Positions 35,809-45,471 of a DNA stretch of 64,000 bases are shown here, piece after piece. Made by a program: the position numbers and the translations under genes. The number at the start of each line of letters is the position of its first letter. Within the stretch, counting starts at the first letter, position 1. Location: positions 2,211,908 through 2,275,907 of the forward strand of contig OZ241326.1 of assembly GCA_965199855.1 (NCBI GenBank), in the 5' to 3' direction. Below the pieces are notes generated by a model, which ran no database searches, was not told the origin of the DNA, and was given only the letters and a program-made list of their open reading frames with translations. The stretch comes from a bacterium. Lineage in GTDB: Bacteria > UBA8248.

Positions 35809-36933
35809 CTAGTTCAGCGATTTTCTGGTGATGACGAAATCCCGAAGCACGTTGGAGGGGTTTTTGGGCAGGGCGACGTTCGCGCCGTTCAGCGATACCC
35901 GCGCTCCCGCGATGTTTCCCAGGGTGAGGGTGAATTTCCCGGACGCCCTCCAGCTCTTCTCCTCGCCCGCCAGCAAAAGGAATTCTTCCACGCCTTCCGC
36001 GTCGGCGATGATCCGCACCCACGTATCCCCGAGGGCGAAAATCCTCAGCGTGAGCGGAAAAGCGGCGGTCTCCGGGGTTCGACGCTCCCGCGGCGCGCCG
36101 GCAGCGGGAGGGTTCTCCCGCGTCGGGGGATTCCCGCCGGCCGGCGCGCTCGCCGCCGGGGGAGCGTCTTGAGCGGCAGGCGTCTTCTCCGCCGGGGCCC
36201 GCTCCGCGGGCGGAGAATTTCCCGGCGGGGCGCTTTCCCCGCCCGAAGCGTCCTCCCGCGCCCGCGGAGGCGCGCCGGGCGACGGGTTCTCCTTCTCCTC
36301 ACCAGGGGACGCCTGCGGCGCGGCCGGGAGGGAGGAGCGAGCCCGCTCCGGCGCCTGCTCCTTCACCACGGAGGCGGTCGCCTCCCGCTCCCGCGCGTCC
36401 CGGCCGCCGTCCGCCTTCGTCATCAAGGGGGGAGCGTTGGCGGCGGGCGTGAGCGCGGCCCTGATTCTGGCGGGGAGCGACCCGACGAAAGCGAGCGGGT
36501 TCGTCTCTCCCTTCACGAGCCAGAGAGCCCCGCCGCCGGCGAGAAGAAAAAGCAGCACGGGCAGGGCGGCCGCCACGAATTTGACGCGCTGCTGCCGGCG
36601 GGAAGGACTGAAGCGGGCCTGGAGGTCGGAATCCGCCCCCGGCCGGTTCAACGCGGGGCCGAGCCCGATTTCCCGCCTGAAGGCGGCGGCCGCGGCGTCG
36701 GCGTCCACGCCAATCTCCTCCGCGAAGGCGCGAACGAACCCCACGCCGACCGGGCCCCTCGGCAGTCGGTCGAAAGACCCGCTTTCGATGCCTTCGAGAT
36801 AATACGATCGGATTCGCGTCCGGTCGGATATGACGCGAAGGGACAGCGCCTTCTCCTCGCGGGCGCTCCGCAGGAAAGGCCCTATCCCCTCCTCTTCCAT
36901 CCGCGCCATGATTTCCGGGTCGGTTTCCGCCAT
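35809..36933 (-). CDS. rodZ: RodZ-like cytoskeleton protein (XRE-type HTH, TM helix, Pro/Ala-rich linker, C-terminal DUF4115).
   Basis: HTH at …LSLRVISDRTRIRSYYLEGIESGSF… A single TM (VAAALPVLLFLLAGGGALWLV). Low-complexity P/A linker, then a conserved C-terminal domain. Preferred start is MAETDPEIM at 36933. Confidence 0.65.
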   Translation of the reverse strand: MAETDPEIMARMEEEGIGPFLRSAREEKALSLRVISDRTRIRSYYLEGIESGSFDRLPRGPVGVGFVRAFAEEIGVDADAAAAAFRREIGLGPALNRPGADSDLQARFSPSRRQQRVKFVAAALPVLLFLLAGGGALWLVKGETNPLAFVGSLPARIRAALTPAANAPPLMTKADGGRDAREREATASVVKEQAPERARSSLPAAPQASPGEEKENPSPGAPPRAREDASGGESAPPGNSPPAERAPAEKTPAAQDAPPAASAPAGGNPPTRENPPAAGAPRERRTPETAAFPLTLRIFALGDTWVRIIADAEGVEEFLLLAGEEKSWRASGKFTLTLGNIAGARVSLNGANVALPKNPSNVLRDFVITRKSLN

Positions 36934-37081
36934 CACCCGTCCCCTCTTCTCGAAGCCCAACGAAACAAGTCGGGGCCGGAAGGAGCAGTATACGCGCAAG
37001 GAGGCCGAAAGTCAACGCTCGGGAGGCGCCGCCCCTTCGCGTCGGGGAGAATCCCCCCCGCGCGGCGCGCGAAGCGGCGGC

Positions 37082-37951
37082 TCAGGGAAGGATGGAGAGA
37101 ATCGCGGGCGTCACGTCGCGGATGCTGGGGTTCGCCGCGTCCGCGAGCAGGACGTCGGCGTGTTTGCCGTAGAGCAGTATCGGGACGGGGTTTTTCGTGT
37201 GGGAGGAGGTCGAGGCGTCCTCCACGTTTCCGTGATCGCTGCTCAGGACGAACGTATCCTCCCCCGCGTCGAGCCGCCGCAGCGCGGCGCGCAAAAACCC
37301 GTTCAAATCCCTTAAAACCTCGAAGGCGTCGTCCGCGCCTCCGCGGTGGCCGACGTGGTCGGTGTGAAAAAACTCGTAGATCAGCAAATCCCTTCTCTTC
37401 GCCAGTTTTCCGAGGCGATCGCCCGCCTCCGCGGCGTCGAGCCCCGCCACCTCGTGGCCCTGCTCCGCCGCGATCCCGTTCGTGTAGTCCCGATAGACGG
37501 CCTCTCCCCGCGCGAGATCCTCCAGGCGGTTCAGGGGGATTCCCGCGCTTTCGGCCATCACCGTGGTCACGGAGCGTCTGCGGGCGCGCCCGCGCGCGAA
37601 GAAAGGGGGCGTATAGGCGTTGGCGAACCCGACGAGCGCGCCCCGCTCCCGCGCGCGCCTGAGCAGGCCGCTTCGGCAGACGAGGCGGCGCAGGCGCTCG
37701 TTCGGCAGCCCCTGGCGGTGGCCGCCCTCCAGTTCGGGCGCGTTCGCGCCCGTGAACAGCGCGGCGCCTCCCGTCGCGCTCTGGGGAACGCCCCCGACGC
37801 CGAGGCGGGCGTCCGCCTCGATGAGCCTGAAGCCGGGCGCCCGCCCGCCGCGCAAAAGCGCCAGCGGCGGCTCCTCCAGCCCCGAGAGGGGATTGTCCGG
37901 CCCCGGCGGGGCGACGCCCAGGCCGTCCACGAACACGAAAAGAACGGCCAT
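37082..37951 (-). CDS. Alkaline-phosphatase-superfamily metalloenzyme (cofactor-independent phosphoglycerate mutase / phosphopentomutase-like).
   Basis: 289 aa. N-terminal VLFVFVDGLG and C-terminal …EFFHTDHVGH…VLSSDHGN metal-binding blocks are typical of the metalloenzyme (iPGM/ApgM) family. Confidence 0.55.
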   Translation of the reverse strand: MAVLFVFVDGLGVAPPGPDNPLSGLEEPPLALLRGGRAPGFRLIEADARLGVGGVPQSATGGAALFTGANAPELEGGHRQGLPNERLRRLVCRSGLLRRARERGALVGFANAYTPPFFARGRARRRSVTTVMAESAGIPLNRLEDLARGEAVYRDYTNGIAAEQGHEVAGLDAAEAGDRLGKLAKRRDLLIYEFFHTDHVGHRGGADDAFEVLRDLNGFLRAALRRLDAGEDTFVLSSDHGNVEDASTSSHTKNPVPILLYGKHADVLLADAANPSIRDVTPAILSILP

Positions 37952-37952
37952 G

Positions 37953-38972
37953 CTAGAGCGTTCGTCCGACGGCCTCTGCGAACGCCCGCAGCTCCCCGAG
38001 CAGGGCGGCGAACCGCTCGGGCTTGAGCGACTGCGGCCCGTCGCTCATCGCCTTTTCGGGCTCGGGGTGGAGTTCGAGCATCAGGCCGTCCGCCCCGACG
38101 GCCACGGCCGCCTTCGCCAGGGGCGCGACGAACCGCCAGGCACCCGCCGCGTGGCTCGGGTCCACCACCACCGGCAGGTGCGTCTGCTCCTTGAGCACCG
38201 GCACGGCGCTGATGTCCAGCGTGTTGCGCGTGGCCGTCTCGAAGGTTCGTATCCCCCGCTCGCACAGCACCACGTTCGGGTTTCCCTGGCTCATGACGTA
38301 TTCCGCCGACATCAGGAACTCCTCGATCGTCGTGGACATGCCGCGCTTGAGGAAGATGGTCTTGTTCGTCCGGCCGACCTTCTTCAGCAGGGAGAAGTTC
38401 TGCACGTTGCGCGCGCCGATCTGCAGGACGTCCGCGTAGGCGCAGCACGCCGCGATGTCCTCGGAGTCCATCACCTCCGTCTGGACGGGAAGCCCCGTCC
38501 TCTCGCGCGCCTCCGCGAGGAGCCTGAGGCCCTCCTCCGCCATGCCCTGGAAGCTGTAGGGCGAGGTGCGCGGCTTGTAGGCGCCGCCCCGCAGCACGTG
38601 GCCGCCGCCCGCCTTCACGGCCTCGGCGGACTTCAGTATCTGCTCCCGGTTCTCCACCGAGCACGGCCCGCCGATGACGACGATGCGCTCGCCGCCGATT
38701 TCCACCCCCTCGCCCATCGGCAGACGGCTGGGCTCGGACCTGCCCTCCGCGCTCGCCAGCTTGAAGGGCTTGAGAATGGGCGTCACGCTCTCCACGCCGT
38801 TCAGCGAGACGAGCGACTCCAGCATGTATTTTCCGCGCTCGTCCCCGATGGCGCCGATCACCGTGCGCTCCACCCCTTCCATGACGTGTTCCTTGTAGCC
38901 GAGTTCGTTGATGCTCCTGATGGCGTTTTTCACCTCATCCTTCGTCGCGCCGCGCTTCATCACGATAATCAA
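37953..38972 (-). CDS. 3-deoxy-7-phosphoheptulonate (DAHP) synthase, class I-beta with an N-terminal ACT/FL regulatory domain.
   Basis: Near-colinear with Thermotoga-type DAHPS (…[11 protein letters not shown]…[18 protein letters not shown]…[10 protein letters not shown]…[10 protein letters not shown]…VVDPSH…). Probable TTG start ([18 protein letters not shown]) 6 nt after an AGGAGG RBS. The ORF track has ATG at 38960. Confidence 0.85.
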   Translation of the reverse strand: MIIVMKRGATKDEVKNAIRSINELGYKEHVMEGVERTVIGAIGDERGKYMLESLVSLNGVESVTPILKPFKLASAEGRSEPSRLPMGEGVEIGGERIVVIGGPCSVENREQILKSAEAVKAGGGHVLRGGAYKPRTSPYSFQGMAEEGLRLLAEARERTGLPVQTEVMDSEDIAACCAYADVLQIGARNVQNFSLLKKVGRTNKTIFLKRGMSTTIEEFLMSAEYVMSQGNPNVVLCERGIRTFETATRNTLDISAVPVLKEQTHLPVVVDPSHAAGAWRFVAPLAKAAVAVGADGLMLELHPEPEKAMSDGPQSLKPERFAALLGELRAFAEAVGRTL

Positions 38973-39195
38973 GCCGAACCTCCTTCCATCCGCGCGGAAC
39001 CCGCGCGCGTCTCCCCAAAAAAATCGCCGCGAGGCCGGAAGCCCACGGCGAACGTTCCTGCTCAGCGTCCGGTGGCGGGCGGCTCGTCCGCCCCCCGCCG
39101 CTCGGGTCTTACGAAACGGCGGGCGGACGGACGGTGATAAAGCCGAAAAAGAAGCGCCCGCCAATCGCCCGCATCGCGTCCGTCTCCCGGAAATT

Positions 39196-40566
39196 TCATC
39201 TTTCGCCGAAAAACAAGGGCTTACGATAATCCCGAAGGGAGGGAGCGTCAACCCCCGACGGCGGCGATTCCCGGATGGGCGGCGAGGGGGGCGATCCCCG
39301 GTCATCGCCCCGCGCCCGAGGAGCCGCCGGAAAAGAGACGGGTTCGGGAGAAAAGCCGCCCGCCCGCGCGTGAAAAAACGGTCGGACGCGCGAACCCCCG
39401 CGCGCTATTTCCTCGTTCTTCCCGCTCCGGCGGCTCCGCCCCGCCCGGGGCGGCCGGACGAGCCTGCCGCCCAGAACCACGTGCGCGGCCTCGAGCATCC
39501 GGCTCCCCGCGCGCCGCGCCCCCATGCAGTCCTCGAAGGAGAACCTGCCCTCCTTCATCCGGAACACGGCGACGTCGCCCCGGGCGCCCTTCTTGAGCGT
39601 CCCCACCTCGTCTTTCAGGCCAATCCACTCCGCCGCCGTCTGCGCGCTGAGCCGCACCACCTCGGAGAGGGGAAAGCCGAGCGCCAGAAACTTGCTCATC
39701 AGGGTCGGAAAGTCATACACCGGCCCATGAAGGCAGTGGGCATGGAGGTCGGTGCTCAGGTTGCCCGGCATGAGGCCCTGGGCCATGGCCCTCTCCAGAA
39801 TCTCGAAGCTGAAGCTCGAGCGCCCGTGGGCTACGTCGAGCAGGACGCCCGCATCCCGCGCCTCCCACACCGCGCGGCGCACCCGGCCCCGCCTGTCCAG
39901 AATGTTCTCGCGCCGGCCGTGAAACGCATGGGTGAGCACGTCGCCCGGGCGGAGTTTCCTGAGAATTCTCGAGAGGGGGACGGGCGTATCCCCCACGTGC
40001 GCCATGAGCGGAACCTTGAGGAACTCCGCCGCCTCGAGCGCCGCGTCCAGGGGCCTGGCGCCGCTGCCCTCCACCACGTTGCGGCTCAGGCGCACCTTCA
40101 TGCCGATGAGATGCTCGCGGTTCCTCTCGTAGCACTCCACCGCCCTGTCCACCCGAAGCGCGCGCATGTCGACGTTCTCGCCCAGGCCGTCGATGAGAAG
40201 CCCGCCCTCGGAGATGTTCAGATAGGCGCGAACCGTCGGCCGCGCCTTCTCCAGGAACCATTTCCGGAAGGCCGGATAGGTCTGCGCGCCGGCGCTGCCC
40301 GTGTCCACCGCCGTCGTCACCCCGCGCGCGAGCATCGCCGCCTCCAGGCTCACGCCGTAGTGGGTCACGCCCTCGTAGAAGTGGCAGTGGAGATCGACCA
40401 GGCCCGGTGTGACGATTTTCCCCGCGGCGTTCAGGGCGCGCCTCCCCGCGGGATCGATGCGGGGCGCCACCCTCCGCACGCGGCCGCCGGCGATTTCCAC
40501 GTCCATCGTCCCCTCCAGCCCCTGGGAGGGATCGATGACGTAGCCGCCGCGTATGACGATGTCCAT
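39196..40566 (-). CDS. Amidohydrolase-family metallohydrolase (dihydroorotase/deacetylase-like, EF_0837-type).
   Basis: From [16 protein letters not shown]… HxH metal site (DLHCHF) and downstream His/Asp ligands. The C-terminal ~70 aa are low complexity, so the true stop may be as listed but is uncertain. Confidence 0.65.
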   Translation of the reverse strand: MDIVIRGGYVIDPSQGLEGTMDVEIAGGRVRRVAPRIDPAGRRALNAAGKIVTPGLVDLHCHFYEGVTHYGVSLEAAMLARGVTTAVDTGSAGAQTYPAFRKWFLEKARPTVRAYLNISEGGLLIDGLGENVDMRALRVDRAVECYERNREHLIGMKVRLSRNVVEGSGARPLDAALEAAEFLKVPLMAHVGDTPVPLSRILRKLRPGDVLTHAFHGRRENILDRRGRVRRAVWEARDAGVLLDVAHGRSSFSFEILERAMAQGLMPGNLSTDLHAHCLHGPVYDFPTLMSKFLALGFPLSEVVRLSAQTAAEWIGLKDEVGTLKKGARGDVAVFRMKEGRFSFEDCMGARRAGSRMLEAAHVVLGGRLVRPPRAGRSRRSGKNEEIARGGSRVRPFFHARAGGFSPEPVSFPAAPRARGDDRGSPPSPPIRESPPSGVDAPSLRDYRKPLFFGER

Positions 40567-40748
40567 CCCCGAAGCTCCCCGGAGAAGCGAGGCGCGCGCC
40601 GGAATCCCCGGCGAGGCCCGGCGCAATCCCGAATCGCCGGGACGCGGCGCCGCTCCGCCGGGCGCGTTGACACGCAATCGCCGCAGGGTGGATCATGGCG
40701 GGCGTCGAGCGCAACCATCATCCCAAACCAGCCTGCGGGAGCCGCGAG

Positions 40749-41921
40749 ATGAGCCTGCAAACCGAAGCCGCGCTTCAGTTCGACCTGGACGACACGCAAA
40801 AGATGCTTCGCCGGACGGTGCGGGAGCTCTCCGAGCGCCACATCGCCCCGCGCGCCGCCGAAATCGACGAGAACGAGGAATACCCCGAAGACATCTATCA
40901 GATGCAGAAGGAGCACGGCCTCCTCGGCATCTTCTTCCCCGAGGAATACGGCGGCGGCGGAATGGGCTTTCTGGGCGGCTGCGTCGCCATCGAGGAGATC
41001 GCGCGCTTCTGCTCGAACTCCCCGCTCTTCATCGTGCTCAACATGCTCTCGAGCCGCGTCATCGACCTGAGCGGCACGCCGGAGCAGAAGACGCATTATA
41101 TGACGGGCCTCGCCAGGGGCGAACTTCGGGGCTCCTACGCCCTCACGGAGCCCCACGCGGGCTCCGACGCCGGGAACATCCGCACGCGCGCCGTCCGGGA
41201 GGGCGAGGAGTGGGTCATCAACGGGACGAAATGCTTCTGCACGGGACCCGACAAGGCGGACTTCATCACCGTCGCCGCCAAGACCGACCCCGGCGCGGGC
41301 GCGCGGGGCATCACCTACTACGTCGTCCCCACGGACGCGCCCGGCTTCAGCATCGACAAGCACGAGCGCAAGATGGGGATGCGCGGCATCTCGACCTGCA
41401 TGCTGCGCTTCGACAGCGTGGCCGTGCCCCTCGAGAACCAGATCGGCGAGCTGAACCAGGGCTTCAGAACCGCGATGATCGGCTTCAACCAGATGCGGCC
41501 CGCCATCGGCGCGCGCGCGGTCGGCCTCGCCCAGGGGTGCCTCGACTACGCCGCGGGCTACGCGAAGGAGCGCGAGGCCTTCGGGAAGCCCATCGCCCGC
41601 CACCAGGCCGTCCAGTTCATGCTCGCCGACATGTTCATGGACATCGAGGCGTCGCGCCTGCTCGTCTATCGCGCCGCCTCGATGGTGGACGCCGGACAAA
41701 TCGGCAAGGAGAACGCCCGGTATTTCTCGACGGCCAAGACCTACGCGGCCGACATGGCGATGAAGTGCGCGATAGACGGCATCCAGGTGCTGGGCGGGGC
41801 GGGCTACATGAAGGATCACCCGCTCGAGCGCTTCATGCGCGACGCCAAGCAGATCCAGATCGTCGAGGGGACGAGCCAGATTCAGCGGATCATCATCGCC
41901 CGCAACCTGCTCGACCTCTAG
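40749..41921 (+). CDS. Acyl-CoA dehydrogenase (paralog 1).
   Basis: From MSLQTEAALQF… ACAD N-terminal, middle and C-terminal domains (…YALTEPHAGSD…GQKCFCTG…QIVEGTSQIQR…). Confidence 0.85.
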   Translation: MSLQTEAALQFDLDDTQKMLRRTVRELSERHIAPRAAEIDENEEYPEDIYQMQKEHGLLGIFFPEEYGGGGMGFLGGCVAIEEIARFCSNSPLFIVLNMLSSRVIDLSGTPEQKTHYMTGLARGELRGSYALTEPHAGSDAGNIRTRAVREGEEWVINGTKCFCTGPDKADFITVAAKTDPGAGARGITYYVVPTDAPGFSIDKHERKMGMRGISTCMLRFDSVAVPLENQIGELNQGFRTAMIGFNQMRPAIGARAVGLAQGCLDYAAGYAKEREAFGKPIARHQAVQFMLADMFMDIEASRLLVYRAASMVDAGQIGKENARYFSTAKTYAADMAMKCAIDGIQVLGGAGYMKDHPLERFMRDAKQIQIVEGTSQIQRIIIARNLLDL

Positions 41922-41933
41922 GAGCGCGCGGAG

Positions 41934-43103
41934 GTGGGGCCGGGGGCGGAGCCGCCCGCCGCGTTCGGGCTGAGCCGGGCGCAGCGAGCGCTGGGAGAGA
42001 GGGTCTATGCGCTGAGCCGCCGCCGCGTCGCGCCCCGCGCCGCCGACATCGACGAAAGCGGGGAATACCCCGAGGATATTTTCCAGCTCCTGAAGTCCCG
42101 CGGCCTCCTCGGCCTCTACGTCCCCGAAGAATACGGCGGGGCGGGCCTCGGCGTCCTGGAGACGTGCGTCGCCATCGAGCAGATGGCGCGCTTCTGCTCG
42201 AACTCTCCCCTTTTCTTCTCCGTCCACCTGCTCGCCACCCGCGCCGTCGCCATAGGCGGAACCGGGGCGCAGAAGAGCGTCTGGCTCCGCGGCGTAGCCC
42301 GGGGCGAGCTGCGCCCCGCCTTCTCGCTCACCGAGCCGCACGCGGGCTCCGACGCCGCGAACATATCGGCGCGCGCGGCGCGGGAGGGGGACTCGTGGGT
42401 CATCAACGGCCAGAAGTGCTACTGCACCGGCGCGAGCGTCGCCGACTTCCTCACCGTGGCGGCGAAGACCGAGGCCGGGGCGGGGGCGCGCGGCGTCTCC
42501 TTCTTCATCGTTCCCAAGGGCGAATTCCGGGTGGGCCGCCGCGAGAGGAAGATGGGGATGCGGGGAATCCCCACCTGCGAGGTGTTTTTGGAGAACGCCC
42601 ACGTCCCCCTCGAAAACATCATCGGCGATCGGGCGACGGGCTTCAGAACCGCCATGCTCGGCTTCAACCAGGCGCGGCCCGCCATCGGCGCGCGCGCGGT
42701 CGGCCTCGCCCAGGGGTGCCTCGACCACGCCGCGGGCTACGCCAAGGAGCGCGAGGCCTTCGGGAAGCCCATCGCCCGCCATCAGGCCGTCCAGTTCATG
42801 CTCGCCGACATGTTCATGGACGTCGAGGCGTCGCGCCTGCTCGTTTACCGCGCCGCCTCGATGGTGGATAATGGGCGCTATCAAAAGGAGGACGCGCATT
42901 TCATCTGCGCCGCGAAGTGCTTCGCGTCCGACGCGGCCATGAAGGCGGCCGTGGACGCGGTTCAGACCCTGGGCGGGGCGGGCTATACGAGGGATCACCC
43001 GCTCGAGCGGTTTATGAGAGACGCCAAGCAGCTGCAAATCATCGAGGGGACGAACCAGATTCAGCGCATGGCGATCGCCCGGAATCTGCTGGGCCTGAAC
43101 TGA
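41934..43103 (+). CDS. Acyl-CoA dehydrogenase (paralog 2, tandem duplicate).
   Basis: 389 aa. Long stretches identical to paralog 1 (RPAIGARAVGLAQGCLD…AAGYAKEREAFGKPIARHQAVQFMLADMFMD). Confidence 0.85.
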   Translation: MGPGAEPPAAFGLSRAQRALGERVYALSRRRVAPRAADIDESGEYPEDIFQLLKSRGLLGLYVPEEYGGAGLGVLETCVAIEQMARFCSNSPLFFSVHLLATRAVAIGGTGAQKSVWLRGVARGELRPAFSLTEPHAGSDAANISARAAREGDSWVINGQKCYCTGASVADFLTVAAKTEAGAGARGVSFFIVPKGEFRVGRRERKMGMRGIPTCEVFLENAHVPLENIIGDRATGFRTAMLGFNQARPAIGARAVGLAQGCLDHAAGYAKEREAFGKPIARHQAVQFMLADMFMDVEASRLLVYRAASMVDNGRYQKEDAHFICAAKCFASDAAMKAAVDAVQTLGGAGYTRDHPLERFMRDAKQLQIIEGTNQIQRMAIARNLLGLN

Positions 43104-43133
43104 CGCCTCGCTTCCCGCCGCCGGAGGTTACGG

Positions 43134-43754
43134 ATGAGCCGGACCATTGAAATTCTCACGCCCACCTCGTTCGTCCGCGCGGGCGATCATCCCCTGGCGG
43201 CGCGGCCGGGAGAGCTCGGCGGACTCAGAATCGGCTTTTTCCACAACAACAAGCCGAACGCCGACGCCCTCCTGGAGCGCATCGAGGAGCTCCTCGCGCG
43301 GGAGGACGAAACCCTCCGCTTCGTCCGCTGGGGAAAGCCGAACCCGACGCTGCCGGAGGCGCGCCTCGGCGAGTTCATCAAGCAGGTGGACGCGGCCGTC
43401 TGCGCGGTGGGCGACTGAGGCAGCTGCACGTCGTGGAGTATCCACGACGCGGTGGAGATGGAGAAAGCGGGGATTCCGACGGCCACGTTCTGCTCCAGCG
43501 AATTCTCCGCCCTGGGCGCGAACGAGCGGGTCGCCCTGGGGATGCCGGGCCTTCCGATAGTCGTCGTGCCGCACCCCGTGGGGGGGATTCCGCCCGAACG
43601 GGCGCGCGCCCTGGGGGACGCGGCGCTGGACGAGGTTCGGCGCGTCCTCACGGAGGACGCGGAATCGCTGCGAAGGGAATACCGCGAGCGCGCCTACGCC
43701 CCGCCCCGCCGGACGGTGCGCCACAAGGCGCTTTTCGCCCGGGGGTCGGCGTGA
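43134..43754 (+). CDS. Putative selenoprotein, UGSC-type (UxxC redox motif). The gene reads through an in-frame UGA at 43416..43418.
   Basis: ORFs 43134..43418 and 43452..43754 share one frame, separated only by TGA. Joined, the translation reads …AAVCAVGD-U-GSCTSWSIHDAVEMEKAGIPTATFCSSEF… The TGA is followed after 10 nt by the hairpin CGUCGUGG-AGUAU-CCACGACG. Confidence 0.7.
43428..43449 (+). ncRNA. SECIS-like mRNA hairpin (cis element), 11 nt downstream of the in-frame UGA.
   Basis: Perfect 8-bp stem cgtcgtgg/ccacgacg with a 5-nt loop AGUAU containing GU. Position and size match bacterial SECIS requirements. Confidence 0.6.
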
Positions 43755-43800
43755 GACGCCGGACGGACGGGAGCGCGCGCGGCGCAAGCGGGAGCGCGGC

Positions 43801-44892
43801 ATGAGCGATCCCTCCTCCGAAGCGCCTCCAGAAGCGGCGTCCCTCCCGAGCGAGCGGGTGAAGGTTCGGGACGCGCCCGAGGCGCTCGCGCGTCTCCTCG
43901 AGGCGAGGGGATGGGGCGACGGCCTGCCCGTCGTTCCCCCCACGCCCGGGCGCGTCGCCCGCATGGTGGAGGGGGCGGGGCTGGCCGCTGGGGAGGAAAT
44001 CGGCCGGATGCCGCCCCGCCAGGGAGTCGTCACGGTCGAGGCGCTCGCCGTCAACGCCGTGATGGCCGGATGCCTCCCGGCCTACATGCCCGTTCTCGTG
44101 GCGGCGGCGCGGGGGGCGCTCCAGCCGGAATTCTCGCTCCACGCGCTCCAGGCGACGACCCACCCGGTGGCGCCCCTGATCATCGTGAACGGCCCCGTCG
44201 CCGCGAGAATCGACATGAACGCGGCGTATGGATGCTTCGCCCCCGGAAACCGGGCGAACGCGACGATTGGCCGCGCGATGCGCCTGACGCTCCTGAACGT
44301 AGGCGGGGCGAGCCCGGGCGTTCTGGATCGCGCCACCCAGGGCTCGCCCGCGAAATACGCATTCTGCATCGCCGAGAACGAGGAGGAATCCCCCTGGGAG
44401 CCGCTGCACGTCGAGCGCGGCTTCGCGCCCGGGGAGAGCGCCGTCACGGTCGTGGGCTGCGAGGGGCCCCACAACGTCAACGATCACGTGAGCCACGCGG
44501 CGGAGGGCATTCTCGCCGCCGCCGCCGACACGATGTCCGTCATGGGCGGCAACAACTTCTATCTGAGGGGCGAGCCGCTCCTCGCGCTCGGCCCCGAGCA
44601 CGCGGCGACGATAGCGGGGGACGGGCTGTCGAAGGCGGACGTGAAGCGAAGGATTTTCGAGCTCGCCCGAAAGCCCGCGCGCCAGCTCCGGCGCGGCGCC
44701 ATGTGGGGGATGCAGACCTGGGGGGAGGAGATAGCGAGAAACGAGGGAGATGACGACTACGAGATTCCGCTTCTGGATCGGCCCGAAGACCTCATCGTCA
44801 TCGTGGCGGGCGGCGCCGGCAAGCACTCCTCCTACCTGCCGACGTTCGGCCCCACGCGCTCGGTGACCACCCGGGTCGATTCGCCGGCCTGA
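43801..44892 (+). CDS. Conserved hypothetical protein (363 aa), immediately downstream of the selenoprotein.
   Basis: Clean ORF with normal codon bias. No family recognised with confidence from sequence alone. Confidence 0.55.
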   Translation: MSDPSSEAPPEAASLPSERVKVRDAPEALARLLEARGWGDGLPVVPPTPGRVARMVEGAGLAAGEEIGRMPPRQGVVTVEALAVNAVMAGCLPAYMPVLVAAARGALQPEFSLHALQATTHPVAPLIIVNGPVAARIDMNAAYGCFAPGNRANATIGRAMRLTLLNVGGASPGVLDRATQGSPAKYAFCIAENEEESPWEPLHVERGFAPGESAVTVVGCEGPHNVNDHVSHAAEGILAAAADTMSVMGGNNFYLRGEPLLALGPEHAATIAGDGLSKADVKRRIFELARKPARQLRRGAMWGMQTWGEEIARNEGDDDYEIPLLDRPEDLIVIVAGGAGKHSSYLPTFGPTRSVTTRVDSPA

Positions 44893-45069
44893 GCGAAAGC
44901 GGGAAAACGAGGCTTCGTCCCCGCCGGGAGCGCCCCCCCTCTCGCCCGGCTTCACGGATTCCCCAAAATCCCGCTCCGCGCGCGGCCCGCGAATTGCGTC
45001 TTCGCGTTGCCCGCGGCTTCGCCTCCGTGCTAGATTCCCGCTTCCGTAGAGCCTCAGAGGGAGAAAGCC

Positions 45070-45471
45070 ATGCCGAAGCAGCAGATCGACTCGGAGAAGG
45101 TGAGGCCGGTGGCCGCGTATTCCACGGGCTGGAAGGTGTCGAACGGGCATCTCGTCATGCTGGCGGGCCAGGTGGCGACCGACACGGAGGGCCGCACCGT
45201 CGGCGGAGACGACATCAAGGCCCAGGCGCGGCAGGTCTATGAGAACGTCAAGGCCGCGCTCGAGGCCGCCGGCGCCGGAATGGAGGACGTCATCCGCCTC
45301 ACCGTCTATCTCACGGATCGGGCGAATTTTCCGGGAAGCGCGGAGGTGCGGCAAGCCTACTTCAGCCCGCCCTATCCGGCGAGCACGCTCCTCATCGTGA
45401 GCGGACTGGCGAACCCGGAATGGCTCATCGAAATCGACGCCGTCGCCTTCGTGGAGGACGGGACGCCGTGA
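45070..45471 (+). CDS. RidA/YjgF/TdcF-family reactive-intermediate (enamine/imine) deaminase.
   Basis: 133 aa. …AAYSTGWKVSNGHLVMLAGQVA… and C-terminal …RLTVYLTD…PASTLLIVSGLANPEWLIEIDAVA match the YjgF signature. Confidence 0.85.
   Translation: MPKQQIDSEKVRPVAAYSTGWKVSNGHLVMLAGQVATDTEGRTVGGDDIKAQARQVYENVKAALEAAGAGMEDVIRLTVYLTDRANFPGSAEVRQAYFSPPYPASTLLIVSGLANPEWLIEIDAVAFVEDGTP

Noticed and set aside
40431-43037. 868-aa minus-strand and 772-aa plus-strand ORFs across the ACAD genes.
   Set aside because: Antisense or off-frame to two clearly homologous acyl-CoA dehydrogenase genes.
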